A stretch of DNA of 64,000 nucleotides from Solirubrobacteraceae bacterium (GCA_030690545.1 JAUYGN010000079.1:39386-103385), one strand, 5' to 3'; counted from the stretch's first letter, positions 1 to 11,494 are shown. Made by a program: numbers and translations. The notes: generated from the sequence alone by a model not told the origin.

Positions 1-765
1 GCGGCCCTGAAGCTGCTGCTCCTCACGGTCGCGATCGTCGATGACGTCATCGCGATCGCGATCATCGCGCTCTTCTACAGCTCCGGGCTCTCCCCGGCGT
101 GGCTGGCCGCCGTCCTCGTCGGCCTCGCCACGATCGTCGGGATGCGCGTGGCCGGGGTGCGGCCGATCGTCGCGTACGTGCCGATCGGGATCGCCGTGTG
201 GGTAGCGATGCTCGAGTCCGGCGTCCACGCGACGATCGCCGGCGTCACCGTCGGCCTCCTCACCCCGGCCCGTCCCGTCGCCGGCCGACCGGTCCTCGAG
301 CTGCTCGTCCACCGCCTGCACCCGTTCACCGTCGGATTCGTCGTGCCGCTGTTCGCGCTGGCCAATGCCGGCATCGCGATCGACTCCGAGATGCTCTCCG
401 ACGCCGCGACCAGCCCCATCGCCTGGGGCATCGCCCTCGGCCTCGTCCTCGGCAAGCTCCTCGGAATCGCCGGCACCATCTTCCTGCTCGTCCACCGCGG
501 CGTCGGGACGATCCCCGACACCGTGCGCACCGTCCACGTGTGGGGCCTCGCCGCGGTCGCCGGGATCGGCTTCACCGTCTCGCTGTTCATCACCCAACTC
601 GCCTACGACGCCCCGGCCGTCGTCGACACCGCCAAGCTCGGCGTCTTCGCCGGCTCGATCATCAGCGCGGCCGTTGGCGCCACCATCCTCATCCGCGCCG
701 GACGGACCACCCCCGGGGACACGACCGTCGCGGCCCCGGATCCCATCGCCGCTCCCAGACCCTGA
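1..765 (+). CDS. nhaA: Na+/H+ antiporter NhaA (5'-truncated by window edge)
   Basis: Frame 1 is open from base 1: LKLLLLTVAIVDDVIAIAIIALFY, ESGVHATIAGV, PLFALANAG, GIGFTVSLFI are NhaA signatures. Confidence 0.93.
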   Translation, partial: AALKLLLLTVAIVDDVIAIAIIALFYSSGLSPAWLAAVLVGLATIVGMRVAGVRPIVAYVPIGIAVWVAMLESGVHATIAGVTVGLLTPARPVAGRPVLELLVHRLHPFTVGFVVPLFALANAGIAIDSEMLSDAATSPIAWGIALGLVLGKLLGIAGTIFLLVHRGVGTIPDTVRTVHVWGLAAVAGIGFTVSLFITQLAYDAPAVVDTAKLGVFAGSIISAAVGATILIRAGRTTPGDTTVAAPDPIAAPRP

Positions 766-820
766 CCCGCGCCAGCGGCACTGTGGCCAACCACCTGGCG
801 CCCGGGCCACGACATCGACA

Positions 821-838
821 CATTGACGTGTGTCAATG
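821..838. promoter_or_regulatory. Probable ArsR operator (dyad CATTGAC-GTGT-GTCAATG)
   Basis: Perfect 7-bp inverted repeat about 20 nt upstream of the arsR start; ArsR/SmtB repressors autoregulate through such dyads. Confidence 0.7.
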
Positions 839-857
839 ATTTTGTGAGGATGGGCGC

Positions 858-1265
858 GTGCCGCAGTCCACGCCCGTCGACCTCGCCGAAGCGCTCGCCG
901 CCGCCTCGCCCGGTGAGCGACGCAGGGCGCTCGCCCAGGCCGACCAGCTCCTGCGCCAGCAGTGCTCCAGCGACGGATCGTTGGCGCTCCCCCTCGACGC
1001 GGCCACCGCCCAGCGACGCGCCGACACCGCCAAGGCCCTCGCCGACCCGGTCCGGCTGCAGCTGGTCGAGCTGCTGCGCCGCCAGCCGGCGGAGGTGTGC
1101 CAATGCGATCTCCAGCCGCTGTTCGACGTCTCGCAGCCGACGCTCAGCCACCACCTCGCCAAGCTCGTCGACGCCGGCCTCATCGTCGTCGACCGGCGCG
1201 GCCGATGGGCCTACTACTCGATCAACCCCGAGGCCCTGGACGACCTCCGCTCATGGCTGTCCTGA
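858..1265 (+). CDS. arsR: ArsR/SmtB family transcriptional repressor
   Basis: KALADPVRLQLV...EVCQCDL...VSQPTLSHHLAKLVDAGLI...RRGRWAYY; heads an ars operon. Confidence 0.92.
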   Translation: MPQSTPVDLAEALAAASPGERRRALAQADQLLRQQCSSDGSLALPLDAATAQRRADTAKALADPVRLQLVELLRRQPAEVCQCDLQPLFDVSQPTLSHHLAKLVDAGLIVVDRRGRWAYYSINPEALDDLRSWLS

Positions 1266-1328
1266 GGCCAAGGCGCGGTGCGCGGCCCAGGCGCAACGAC
1301 GCCGAGCGACCCCCAGGCCCGGCGGCCG

Positions 1329-2018
1329 ATGCCTGACCGGCCGCCGCTCACCCGCCGAGCGGCGAGCGAGTTCCTCGCGGCCATCGCGCTCGTCTTCTGC
1401 GTCGGCGGCGCCGTCGCCGCCGACGCGTCGGGCAGCGCGTCGCTCGGGCTGCCGGGCCACGCCGCCGTCTCCGGCCTCGCCATCATGGCCCTCATCTACG
1501 CCACCGGGCACCTCTCCGGCGCCCACATCAACCCGGCGGTCACCGTCGCATTCACGCTGACGCGACACTTCCCCCGCCGCGAAGCCACCACCTACATCGG
1601 CGCCCAGCTCGCCGGAGCCGCCACCGCCGGCGGCATCCTGCGCGCCATCTGGCCCGACGCCCCGGGCAACCTCGGCGCCAACGCCATCAACGTCCAGGTC
1701 AGCTCCGCGCTCGCCACCGAAACCGTCCTCTCCGCACTGCTCATGTTCGTCATCATCGCCGTCGCGACCGACACACGCGCGAGCGGCGCCGCGGCCGCCA
1801 TCGCCATCGGCGGCACCGTCACGCTTAACATCCTCGTCGGCGGCGCAGTGTCCGGCGCCTCGATGAACCCCGCCCGCTCCTTCGGCCCCGCCCTCGCCTC
1901 CGGCGCCTGGGACGACTTCTGGATCTGGATCGCCGGCCCCCTCGCCGGCTGCGCACTCGGCGCCGCCGCCTACCAGTTCATCCGCGCCGAGACGCCCAAG
2001 GAGGCGACCGCCACATGA
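1329..2018 (+). CDS. MIP/aquaporin channel, probable arsenite efflux (AqpS-like)
   Basis: SGAHINPAVT and SMNPARSFGP NPA boxes; lies between arsR and arsC; alternative start at 1278. Confidence 0.9.
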   Translation: MPDRPPLTRRAASEFLAAIALVFCVGGAVAADASGSASLGLPGHAAVSGLAIMALIYATGHLSGAHINPAVTVAFTLTRHFPRREATTYIGAQLAGAATAGGILRAIWPDAPGNLGANAINVQVSSALATETVLSALLMFVIIAVATDTRASGAAAAIAIGGTVTLNILVGGAVSGASMNPARSFGPALASGAWDDFWIWIAGPLAGCALGAAAYQFIRAETPKEATAT

Positions 2019-2422
2019 GCCACATCCTGTTCGTCTGCCTGCACAACGCAGGACGCTCCCAGATGAGCCAGGCCCTGTTCGAACGCGACGCCCCCGACGA
2101 GCACACCGCCGCGTCAGCCGGCAGCGTCGCCGACCCCGACGGCTGGGTCCACCCCGAGGTCGTCGCGGCCATGCGCGAGCTGGACATCGACCTCAGCACG
2201 CGCCGCCCGCAGCCACTCACCCGCCATCTCGCCGAGCGCGCCGACCTCGTCGTGACGATGGGCTGCGGCGACGCCTGCCCGTACGTCCCGGGCGTCCGCT
2301 ACCTCGACTGGGACCTCCCCGACCCCGAGGGGCAGGGCATCGAGGCCGTACGGCTGATCCGCGACGAGATCGAGCGGCGCGTCGGAGCGCTCCTCGCCGA
2401 GCTCACCCGCACGCCTGACTGA
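2015..2422 (+). CDS. arsC: Arsenate reductase, LMW-PTP fold
   Basis: FVCLHNAGRSQM P-loop, VVTMGCGDACP, DWDLPDP; ATGA overlap with the aquaporin. Confidence 0.92.
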   Translation: MSHILFVCLHNAGRSQMSQALFERDAPDEHTAASAGSVADPDGWVHPEVVAAMRELDIDLSTRRPQPLTRHLAERADLVVTMGCGDACPYVPGVRYLDWDLPDPEGQGIEAVRLIRDEIERRVGALLAELTRTPD

Positions 2423-2640
2423 CAGTCCCGCGTCAAGGTCCTCCGCACACTCGTTAGTTGGGTCCCTGAGGCCAGGCGAGCGGGACCCCCGATCCACGTG
2501 AGGAGACCGACACCCTCGCCGCAACGCACCGCCTCGAGCAGACCTCCCCGAGCTACACCCTCATACGCTCGACATGAGCCATGCGCCTCGCAAGACCCGC
2601 CATTCGGTCCCGAGACCGGGGATCGCCGACGCGCCGGGAA

Positions 2641-2750
2641 CAGCCGAAATCCGCGCGAATCCCCGCGCATCCACGCCAATCCGCCGGAATAAAGGCACTA
2701 GTGCCTGCATTGTGCCCCGATTCGCCGCGATCAGCGCGGATTCAGCCATC
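2641..2750. repeat. 10-bp-periodic degenerate repeat array around palindrome AGGCACTAGTGCCT
   Basis: CAGCCGAAAT/CCGCGCGAAT/CCCCGCGCAT/CCACGCCAAT/CCGCCGGAAT (2641-2690), palindrome 2693-2706, then inverted GAT-phased units from 2719. Confidence 0.6.
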
Positions 2751-2783
2751 GGCGGAATCCGGCGATTGCAGCACGTTCCGTGA

Positions 2784-2827
2784 GGGGTGAGCGACGGGAC
2801 TTGGACCCGCGACCGCCTGGACCACAA
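2784..2827 (-). pseudogene. 3' half of tRNA-His(GTG), probable att core
   Basis: Minus strand TTGTGGTCCAGGCGGTCGCGGGTCCAAGTCCCGTCGCTCACCCC gives anticodon loop, T-arm (TTC changed to TCC) and acceptor 3' strand; no D-arm or 5' half upstream. Confidence 0.8.
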
Positions 2828-2900
2828 ACCGAACCGCTGGAGTGTCGAAAGCGGCCGACTTGCAGGGCTTTTCGGAACGTGATGGATCTCGGATCGGCGC

Positions 2901-2962
2901 CGATATTGCCGCGGATTGCCGGGGATTACCGGCGATCTAGGCACTTCTGGGGTCGAGTGCCT
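2901..2962. repeat. Second 10-bp-periodic array plus spaced dyad AGGCACT...AGTGCCT
   Basis: CGATATTGCC/GCGGATTGCC/GGGGATTACC/GGCGATCTAG, then AGGCACT (2939-2945) and AGTGCCT (2956-2962). Confidence 0.55.
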
Positions 2963-3064
2963 GAACGAGTGTGGCCCGTCGACCGCCGTCGCGCTGCATC
3001 GACCCCTCGGTGGGACCGCGAACCCGACGAAGAAGGCGGGCAGCCTCGCCGTCGGTTGCGGCGG

Positions 3065-3400
3065 TCAGGACCGGGCCGTGCGGCCGCGGTTCGTGGGCGT
3101 CGGTTGACGGCGTGAGCGCGCTTTGCGGTTCCATCGACGGGTGAGGCAAGTGACGGCGACGTAGGAGCCGTCGATGTGCTGTCGCAGGACGAAGGCGATG
3201 TCGTCACCTACGAGCGGGTAGCCGTCCGGCGCGTCGCGCGGGCCGTCCTGCAGCCATGCCGGCGGAGCCTTGGAGGACGTAAGATGCGCGGCGAGACCCG
3301 TGAGATGGGCGAGCGCCCCGTCTCGGTCACATCCCGGCCAGACGCGCTCGACGGCGCGGTCGAGCGCGTGCCGGCTGAACATCAGCACGAACGTGCTCAT
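3065..3400 (-). CDS. Small hypothetical protein, DUF4258/RelE-like toxin candidate
   Basis: ATG 3400 overlaps the stop of the upstream gene (ATGA); FSRHALDRAVER N-terminus and YVAVTCL terminal strand resemble DUF4258-type folds. Confidence 0.5.
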   Translation of the reverse strand: MSTFVLMFSRHALDRAVERVWPGCDRDGALAHLTGLAAHLTSSKAPPAWLQDGPRDAPDGYPLVGDDIAFVLRQHIDGSYVAVTCLTRRWNRKARSRRQPTPTNRGRTARS

Positions 3401-4512
3401 CGCTGGGCGCCCTTCGGGCGCTGGATGTTCGCGAACGGAAGCCGGCCGCGCGCATGCTCGAACTCGGCGATCAACTCGGCCTCGAGGCTGACGGGCTGGT
3501 CGGTGATGATCCAGGCGACGAGCAGGTCCGCATGGTCGGCGAGCTGCCACATGTACCGACCTCCAACGTGGGCCTCCTTGTGGCCGGCGCCGTAGCGAGC
3601 CAGTTCGCGGACGCGCTTGGACAAGGGGCGGTCAGACTTCCCGATGTAGACCAGCGGGGTCTCGTCGGTCCACCGAGCGGCGAGTTCGTCGATGGACGCC
3701 GGCAGCTCGTCGCGGTAGGGGCCGCCGACGCTACGCTCCAAGAACGCGGGCGCAGCGTCGGTGGCGCGCAGCACCACGTAGACGCCAGGCTGCTTGGGCA
3801 GCAACGATGCGTTCTCGCGAACCCGAGCGAGCGGGATGAACCCCTCAAAGCCGCGGCGCTTGAGGTCCTCGGCAGACAAGGCCGCTACGGTCGGAGTGGC
3901 CGCCGTGGCGGTCAAGATGACCTCGCGCTCAAGTTCGCGGAGCTCCAGCACGCGTCGTGCGAAAGCGACGATACGGTCCTTGTCGTCTTGCTCGGCCAGC
4001 CTCGACCAGAACGAGAGGATCTGGTCGGCGTCGGCGATCAGATCGCGTTCGGCCTTTCGCTCGCGCGGGCCCAATCCCCATAGCGCGAGTTCGTATGCGA
4101 GGTCGACCAACTGCTCATCGGTCGCGTCGGGGTCTTTCAGGAGCGTCTCGGCTTGCTCGTGGGTGTAGCCGATCAGCTCGTCCCACATGACGAACGTCGT
4201 GGTCTGCTCGGAGTCGACGATCTCAGCAAGGACGCGACGCGCGTCGTCACCGGTCGTGTGGCCGGCGACGATCAGGACCGCCTCGGGGTTGTAGTTGAGG
4301 GCGTCGGTGAGGCGGCGAATCGTGCGCTCGTTCGGCACGGTCTCCCCGCGCTGGAGGCGCCCGAGGTGCGAGTGGGCGATACCAGCGAGCTCGGCGATCT
4401 GCCGGGCGCTCATCTCGTTGTTCTCGCGCATGTCCCGCAGCAGCTCGGGCAGGCGCTGTCCGGGTTCCGCCCGGACTCGATCAGGAGTGGTCATAGGAAC
4501 CACCATAGACAT
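3397..4512 (-). CDS. XRE-family HTH fused to GIY-YIG-like nuclease domain
   Basis: N-terminal MSARQIAELAGIAHSHLGRLQRGETVP HTH; C-terminal PGVYVV...LVYIGKS...LSKRV...EAELIAEF...LPFAN; start may be 4494. Confidence 0.75.
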   Translation of the reverse strand: MSMVVPMTTPDRVRAEPGQRLPELLRDMRENNEMSARQIAELAGIAHSHLGRLQRGETVPNERTIRRLTDALNYNPEAVLIVAGHTTGDDARRVLAEIVDSEQTTTFVMWDELIGYTHEQAETLLKDPDATDEQLVDLAYELALWGLGPRERKAERDLIADADQILSFWSRLAEQDDKDRIVAFARRVLELRELEREVILTATAATPTVAALSAEDLKRRGFEGFIPLARVRENASLLPKQPGVYVVLRATDAAPAFLERSVGGPYRDELPASIDELAARWTDETPLVYIGKSDRPLSKRVRELARYGAGHKEAHVGGRYMWQLADHADLLVAWIITDQPVSLEAELIAEFEHARGRLPFANIQRPKGAQR

Positions 4513-4853
4513 GTTTAGGTACAGTTATGTAACGTCTGCCGGACCTTTTGGACTATCGTTCGAGGAGACGCGACGCCGCGCGCGGCAGGGACATATCGAC
4601 ATCCCATGGCGCTTCGCGTAGCTCCGGGCAATGCCGACCGACTCGCGCGCTGAGCGACCGCTGGCGGAAAGCAGCGGGTCAGGAGCCGCGTCGTTCCAGC
4701 TCCTGGCAGGGATTCCGCGAGGGTCCACGAGCGCATCGACAAGGCCCACGTGCCGCGCCTGAGTAGCCGCCCGGCCTGCGCCCTGCGCGCGCTGCGCCCA
4801 GCAGCACGCGTCGCCCGCCGAGCCCCCCCCGGCCACCAGCGCCGGGCGGCGCG

Positions 4854-6523
<1,670 letters not shown>

Positions 6524-6527
<4 letters not shown>

Positions 6528-7348
6528 CGGGGCCGTCCCAGCGAGTCTAGGTGCCGCAGGCCCGGCAGCTTCTCGATGACCTTCGAGATTGACCGAAATT
6601 CCCCGAAAAGATTCACCGCCAGCAGGATGCCGAGCGCGATCAGCTGCTCGCTCGGGTCGAGCGTCAGCACGATCCACAGGCCGGCGATCGCGCCGATCGC
6701 GTTGGAGCCGGCATCGCCGAGCATCGCCCGCTCGCGCAGATCGAAGAAGCCCGCGACGAGCACCGGCGCGAGGAACAGCCCGAGGCCGGCCAGCGCCTCC
6801 GTGTTCTGCGTGCTGGCCGTCAGGCCGATGCCGAGCAGGACGAGCGTCTTGGCGCTGCGGCCCGGCCGCAGGTCGAGCAGGTTGAACGTGTTCGTGGCGA
6901 GCACGAGCACAGCGGTCGCCAGCAGGAAGTCGGCGTCCGACCCGGGCAGCGACGAGGCGACGAGCAGCGCCAGCCCGAGCGTGCCGACCGCCTTCAGCGC
7001 GCCGGTCGAGAAGCCGCCCGTCAGCACGTCCTTGCCATGGCCGCGCCAACCGCGCGAGGAGCCCGACAGCAGGTCGTCGAGCAGGCCCAGCAGCGCGACG
7101 CCGGGCACGAAGATGATCGCGAAGCCGAGGTTGTCCGGATAGACGTCGAGGTCGGCCAGCCGCGCGAGCGCCATCAGCGGGATCAGCGCGATCAGCGCGA
7201 CCGGCACGATCACGATGCCCAGCGGGACCGGCAGCAGGCGCCCGCGGTAGTTCTCCCGCGTCAGGCCCGCTTCGGAGAGTCGCTTGAGCACCAGCGGCGT
7301 GAGCGCCACGGCGACCAGCAACGAGAAGACGAACGGCAGGGCTTGCAC
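6524..7348 (-). CDS. MraY/WecA-like (Glycos_transf_4) membrane phosphoglycosyl transferase homolog
   Basis: Multi-[31 protein letters not shown]. Confidence 0.8.
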
Positions 7349-7386
7349 CGGTACGTGAACCTAGCGAGCCGCGCGGACGATCGGCG

Positions 7387-8250
7387 TCACCGAGGCCGCC
7401 CGCCGAGCGGCGGCAACAGCGCCTGCGCATCGTCGCCGCGTCCGAACGAGCCCTGCGCTCCCGCGAGCACGAAGACGAGCGCGGCGCGGCCGGCCGGCTC
7501 GTCGAGGTTGTCGACCGTCGACAGGTCGCGGTCGCGGAACCAGCCGATGTGCGACGGGTCGCTGTCGCGCCGCTCGGCGCCGACGACCTTCACGCCGGTC
7601 TGCGCGAGACCGCGCGCGATGCCGTCCTGCAGCGCGTCGAGCCGCTCGGCCGCCGCCTCCTCCTCGGGCTCCTCGGAGGGACGCAGCACGATCACGCCGT
7701 CGAGGTTGCCGAAGCCGCCGCTGAAGGACTGCAGCAGCGCGTTGCGCAACTGGCCGACGAGCCGCCCGCCGTCGACCATCTGGACGCCGATCCGACGACC
7801 GAGGTCGTCCAGCAGCGAGGGATCGCGCTGCAGCGCCACGTAGCGCGTCCCGCGGGAGCGCTCCGCGAGCGCCTCGAGATCGATCTCCTCGCGGACGACG
7901 GCGACGAGCGACAGGTTGGCGCCCGTCGGCTCGAGCGCCTCGCGGATGATGTCCGGCGCGTCGTCGTCGTCGCCGAGCAGGACGAGGCCGATCCGCAGGC
8001 CGCGCAGCTCGCCGCCCGTGAGGATCGGATAGGCGGCGTCGGCGAACCGCTCCAGCTCGCGGACGCGCGACCGTGCCTCGTCACGCTCGCGGTCGGCGTT
8101 GCGGACGTCGGCGCGCAGCGAGTCGCGCAGGTCCTCGCGCGCGGAGGACACGAGCTCCCGGTCGCCGATCGCGACCCCGAGCAGCAGCCCGACGACGAGC
8201 GCGATGAAGACGGCTGCCAAGGACAGCGCGTGGTAGCGAAAGTCGAACAT
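7387..8250 (-). CDS. steB: SteB/MctB (DUF3186) family protein
   Basis: [26 protein letters not shown]-terminus, coiled coil, LSTVDNLD; follows steA and precedes pyrG. Confidence 0.88.
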   Translation of the reverse strand: MFDFRYHALSLAAVFIALVVGLLLGVAIGDRELVSSAREDLRDSLRADVRNADRERDEARSRVRELERFADAAYPILTGGELRGLRIGLVLLGDDDDAPDIIREALEPTGANLSLVAVVREEIDLEALAERSRGTRYVALQRDPSLLDDLGRRIGVQMVDGGRLVGQLRNALLQSFSGGFGNLDGVIVLRPSEEPEEEAAAERLDALQDGIARGLAQTGVKVVGAERRDSDPSHIGWFRDRDLSTVDNLDEPAGRAALVFVLAGAQGSFGRGDDAQALLPPLGGRPR

Positions 8251-8258
8251 TCAGAAGA

Positions 8259-9401
8259 TCACTGCAGCCCGAGCACGACCTCGACCTTGAGCCACATCAG
8301 GTCGGCGAGGTCGCGCAGGGCGGGCGTCAGCACGACGATAGCCAGCAGGCACAGCAGCCCGGCGAGCGCGACCACGACGAGTGGCCGGCGGCCGGGCAGC
8401 GGACGGTACAGCCGGCTGACGCCCTTGGCATCGACGAGGATCTCGCCGAGCCGCAGGCGCGTGAGGAACGTCGAGGCCATCCCGCGACGGTTCTTGTCGA
8501 GGAACTCGACGAGGTTGAACTGCGAGCCGACCGAGACGATCAGCTCGGCGCCCTTCTCGGCGGCGATGATCATCGCGACGTCCTGGCTCGTCCCGGGCGC
8601 CGGGACGAGCTTGAAGGGCAGGCCGAGCGACTCGAGGTGCTCGCGTCCGGGGGCGCGGCCGTCGGGGTAGGCGTGGACGATCAGCTCGGCGCCGCAGCGC
8701 AGCGCGGCCTCGCTCGCGGAGTCCATGTCGCCGACGATCATGTCGGGCTTGAAGCCCTCCTCCAGCAGCGCGTTGGCGCCGCCGTCGACGGCGATGATCC
8801 GCGGGCGGACGTCGCGGATGTACGGCCGCAGCATGCGCAGGTCCTTCTGATGATCGACGCCGCGCACGACGATCAGCGCCGGGCGATCGCGAAAGTCGGT
8901 GTCGAAGCGCGGCAGCTCGATGCGTCCCGACAGCAGCTCGCGCTCCTCGAGCATGTGCTCGATCGTGTTGCGCGCGAAGGCCTCCAGCGCATCGCCGATC
9001 TCGTGACGGCGCTCGTCGGTGGCGGCGCGGACGGCGGCGGGCTCGCGCACCTCGCCGGTCACCAGCACCTTCTCGCCGCGCGCGACCGATCCGCCGCGGA
9101 CCGTGATCTCGTCGCCGTCCTTGCATTTCTTGAAGAGCGTGTCGTCGGGCAGGTCGACGAGATGGATCCCGGCCTGCACGAGCAGCAGCGGACCCATGTT
9201 CGGATAGGCGCCCGTCGACGACGGGCTGCAGTTCAGCACCGCCTGCACGCCCGCCGCGATGAGATCCTCCGCGGAGACGCGATCGAGGTCGCGGTGATCG
9301 AGGATCGCGATGTCGCCAGAGGCAAGCGTCTTGACGATGAGCTTCGTGCGCCGCCCCAGGCGAGCGCGTCCGGACAGCTCGCGGGCGACGGCGACGGCCA
9401 T
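8259..9401 (-). CDS. steA: Cytokinetic ring protein SteA (thiamine pyrophosphokinase-like domain)
   Basis: GDIAILDHRDLDRVSA, YPNMGP, IIAVDGGA, VGDMDS, VHAYPDG, GMASTFLTRL, C-terminal TM. Confidence 0.92.
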   Translation of the reverse strand: MAVAVARELSGRARLGRRTKLIVKTLASGDIAILDHRDLDRVSAEDLIAAGVQAVLNCSPSSTGAYPNMGPLLLVQAGIHLVDLPDDTLFKKCKDGDEITVRGGSVARGEKVLVTGEVREPAAVRAATDERRHEIGDALEAFARNTIEHMLEERELLSGRIELPRFDTDFRDRPALIVVRGVDHQKDLRMLRPYIRDVRPRIIAVDGGANALLEEGFKPDMIVGDMDSASEAALRCGAELIVHAYPDGRAPGREHLESLGLPFKLVPAPGTSQDVAMIIAAEKGAELIVSVGSQFNLVEFLDKNRRGMASTFLTRLRLGEILVDAKGVSRLYRPLPGRRPLVVVALAGLLCLLAIVVLTPALRDLADLMWLKVEVVLGLQ

Positions 9402-9474
9402 CGGCTGAGTCTAGATGGCGTTGTTAACGGGATGCGAAGATCGGCGTGCAGCGATTGCTAGCGTGTCGCGGGCT

Positions 9475-10491
9475 GTGCTGATACCGCTCTCAGCGGCGAC
9501 TTCGGACCGTCTGCGAGACGTCTGTGGCGAGGAGCCCGGGTTCTTCTGTCGCGAGGTGCTCGACCGCACCGGCGACCGCTCGCTCGCCGAGCTGTCGGAC
9601 AACCTGCTCGGCATGACGCTGACGGTCGTCGTGATCTTCGTCGTCGCCCTGATCATCAACCGGCTCGTCGGCCGGGGGATCAACCGCACCCTGCACACCC
9701 TGCACTCCGGCGCCGTCCGCGAGCGTCTCGGCTCGATCCGCCGCCGCACGCCCGCCGCCCTGCTGGAGACGACCGAGACGAGCCTGCGCGCCGAGCAGCG
9801 CATCACGGCGCTGACGAGCGTGCTGCGCAGCGTCTCGACCGTCGTGATCTTCACGATCGCGGGCTTTCTCATCCTCGGCGAGTTCGGGCTCAACCTCGCG
9901 CCGCTGCTCGCCGGCGCGGGCATCGTCGGCCTGGCGCTCGGCTTCGGCGCCCAGTCGCTCGTCAAGGACTTCCTCTCCGGCCTGTTCATCCTCGTCGAGG
10001 ATCAGTTCGGCGTCGGCGACATCGTCGACCTCGACCAGCAGACGTCGGGCACGGTCGAGGCCGTCTCGCTGCGCACGACGCGCCTGCGCTCCGTCGACGG
10101 CACGGTCTGGCACGTGCCCAACGGCGACATCCGCCGCGTCGGCAACAAGAGTCAGCACTGGTCGCGCGCGCTGCTGGACATCGAGGTCTCCTACGACACG
10201 GACATCGACCAGGCCAAGTCGACGATCAAGCGCGTCGCCGACGGACTGTGGCAGGAGCGCCACGACATCATCGAGGAGCCGCAGGTCTGGGGCGTCGAGC
10301 AGCTCGGGCCCAACGCGATCGTGATCCGGCTCGTCGTGAAGACCCGGCCCTCGGACCAGTACGTCGTGAGCCGCGAGCTGCGCCAGCGACTGAAGGAGGC
10401 CTTCGACCTCGAGGGGATCGAGATCCCGTACGCGCAGCAGGTCGTCTGGCATCGCGACGAGCCCGCGCCGCAGCCGGCCGGCGACGAGTAG
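9475..10491 (+). CDS. Small-conductance mechanosensitive channel (MscS family)
   Basis: AGAGIVGLALGFGAQSLVKDFLSGLFILVEDQFGVGD, LRTTRLR, VPNG; start uncertain (9415-9475). Confidence 0.93.
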   Translation: MLIPLSAATSDRLRDVCGEEPGFFCREVLDRTGDRSLAELSDNLLGMTLTVVVIFVVALIINRLVGRGINRTLHTLHSGAVRERLGSIRRRTPAALLETTETSLRAEQRITALTSVLRSVSTVVIFTIAGFLILGEFGLNLAPLLAGAGIVGLALGFGAQSLVKDFLSGLFILVEDQFGVGDIVDLDQQTSGTVEAVSLRTTRLRSVDGTVWHVPNGDIRRVGNKSQHWSRALLDIEVSYDTDIDQAKSTIKRVADGLWQERHDIIEEPQVWGVEQLGPNAIVIRLVVKTRPSDQYVVSRELRQRLKEAFDLEGIEIPYAQQVVWHRDEPAPQPAGDE

Positions 10492-10508
10492 CCCGCCATA
10501 CTGATGCC

Positions 10509-10766
10509 ATGTCCAGCCGCGTCGTCCTCTTCTCGACCGACTCCTGCACGTACTGCGGGGCCGCGAAGTCGCTGCTCAGCACGCGCGGCGTCGCCTTCGA
10601 GGAGGTCGACCTCAGCGAGCATCCGGAGCTGCAGGCCGAGCTGACGAGCGTCACCGGCCTGGAGCGCTACCCGCAGATCGTCGTGGACGGCGAGCCGCTC
10701 GGCGGCCTCAACGAGCTTCGCGCGGCCGAGAAGTCCGGCCTGCTGGCGTCATGGGGCAGCGACTGA
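10509..10766 (+). CDS. Glutaredoxin-like protein
   Basis: CTYC active site, [13 protein letters not shown]. Confidence 0.88.
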   Translation: MSSRVVLFSTDSCTYCGAAKSLLSTRGVAFEEVDLSEHPELQAELTSVTGLERYPQIVVDGEPLGGLNELRAAEKSGLLASWGSD

Positions 10767-10767
10767 G

Positions 10768-11172
10768 GTGGCTCGCGCGCCAAGCCCCGTCCCACAGCCT
10801 CCGAGCTTCTACGAGGCCGTCGGCGGAGAGCCGACGTTCCGGCGCCTCGTCGCTCGCTTCTACGCGGAGGTCGCCACCGACGAGACGCTGCGCGCGCTGT
10901 ATCCGGAGGACGACCTCGGTCCCGCCGAAGAGCGTCTGCGGCTGTTTCTGATCCAGTACTGGGGCGGCCCGACGACCTACTCCGACATGCGCGGCCATCC
11001 GCGCCTGCGCATGCGCCACGCGCCCTTCGGCATCGGCCCGGCCGAGCGCGACGCGTGGCTGCGGGCCATGCGCGTCGCCGTCGACGAGGCGCCGCTGTCG
11101 GGAGCGCGACGCGAGCAGCTGTGGGGCTACCTGGAGTCCACCGCGGACCACATGATCAACCGCCAGCGGTAG
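10768..11172 (+). CDS. glbO: Group II truncated hemoglobin
   Basis: [35 protein letters not shown]. Confidence 0.93.
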   Translation: MARAPSPVPQPPSFYEAVGGEPTFRRLVARFYAEVATDETLRALYPEDDLGPAEERLRLFLIQYWGGPTTYSDMRGHPRLRMRHAPFGIGPAERDAWLRAMRVAVDEAPLSGARREQLWGYLESTADHMINRQR

Positions 11173-11223
11173 CCGGCGACCGAGCACGAGCCGTTCCGAC
11201 GCGCGGGAACCTAAGATTGCGCG

Positions 11224-11484
11224 ATGGCGACCGTGCGACTCCGGGGACAGCTCGAGAAGCTCGCGGGCGGCGTGCCCCAGCTCGAGATCGAGGCCGGCAC
11301 CGTCAGCGAGCTCCTGCAGCAGCTCGAACGCGATCATTCCGGCCTCGAGGGCTGGATCCTCGACGAGCGCGGCGTCCTGCGACGGCACATCAACGTCTTC
11401 GTCAACGGCGAGCCCGCCGAGCCGCAGACGGCGATCGACGCCGACGACCGCATCGAGATCCTGCCCGCGATCTCCGGCGGATGA
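11224..11484 (+). CDS. MoaD/ThiS ubiquitin-like protein
   Basis: HINVFVNGE and C-terminal ILPAISGG. Confidence 0.92.
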   Translation: MATVRLRGQLEKLAGGVPQLEIEAGTVSELLQQLERDHSGLEGWILDERGVLRRHINVFVNGEPAEPQTAIDADDRIEILPAISGG

Positions 11485-11494
11485 CGCGGGCCTG

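Noticed and set aside
2784..2860. Intact tRNA-His gene
   Set aside because: The 5' acceptor strand, D-arm and 5' anticodon stem are absent, and the T-loop reads TCC
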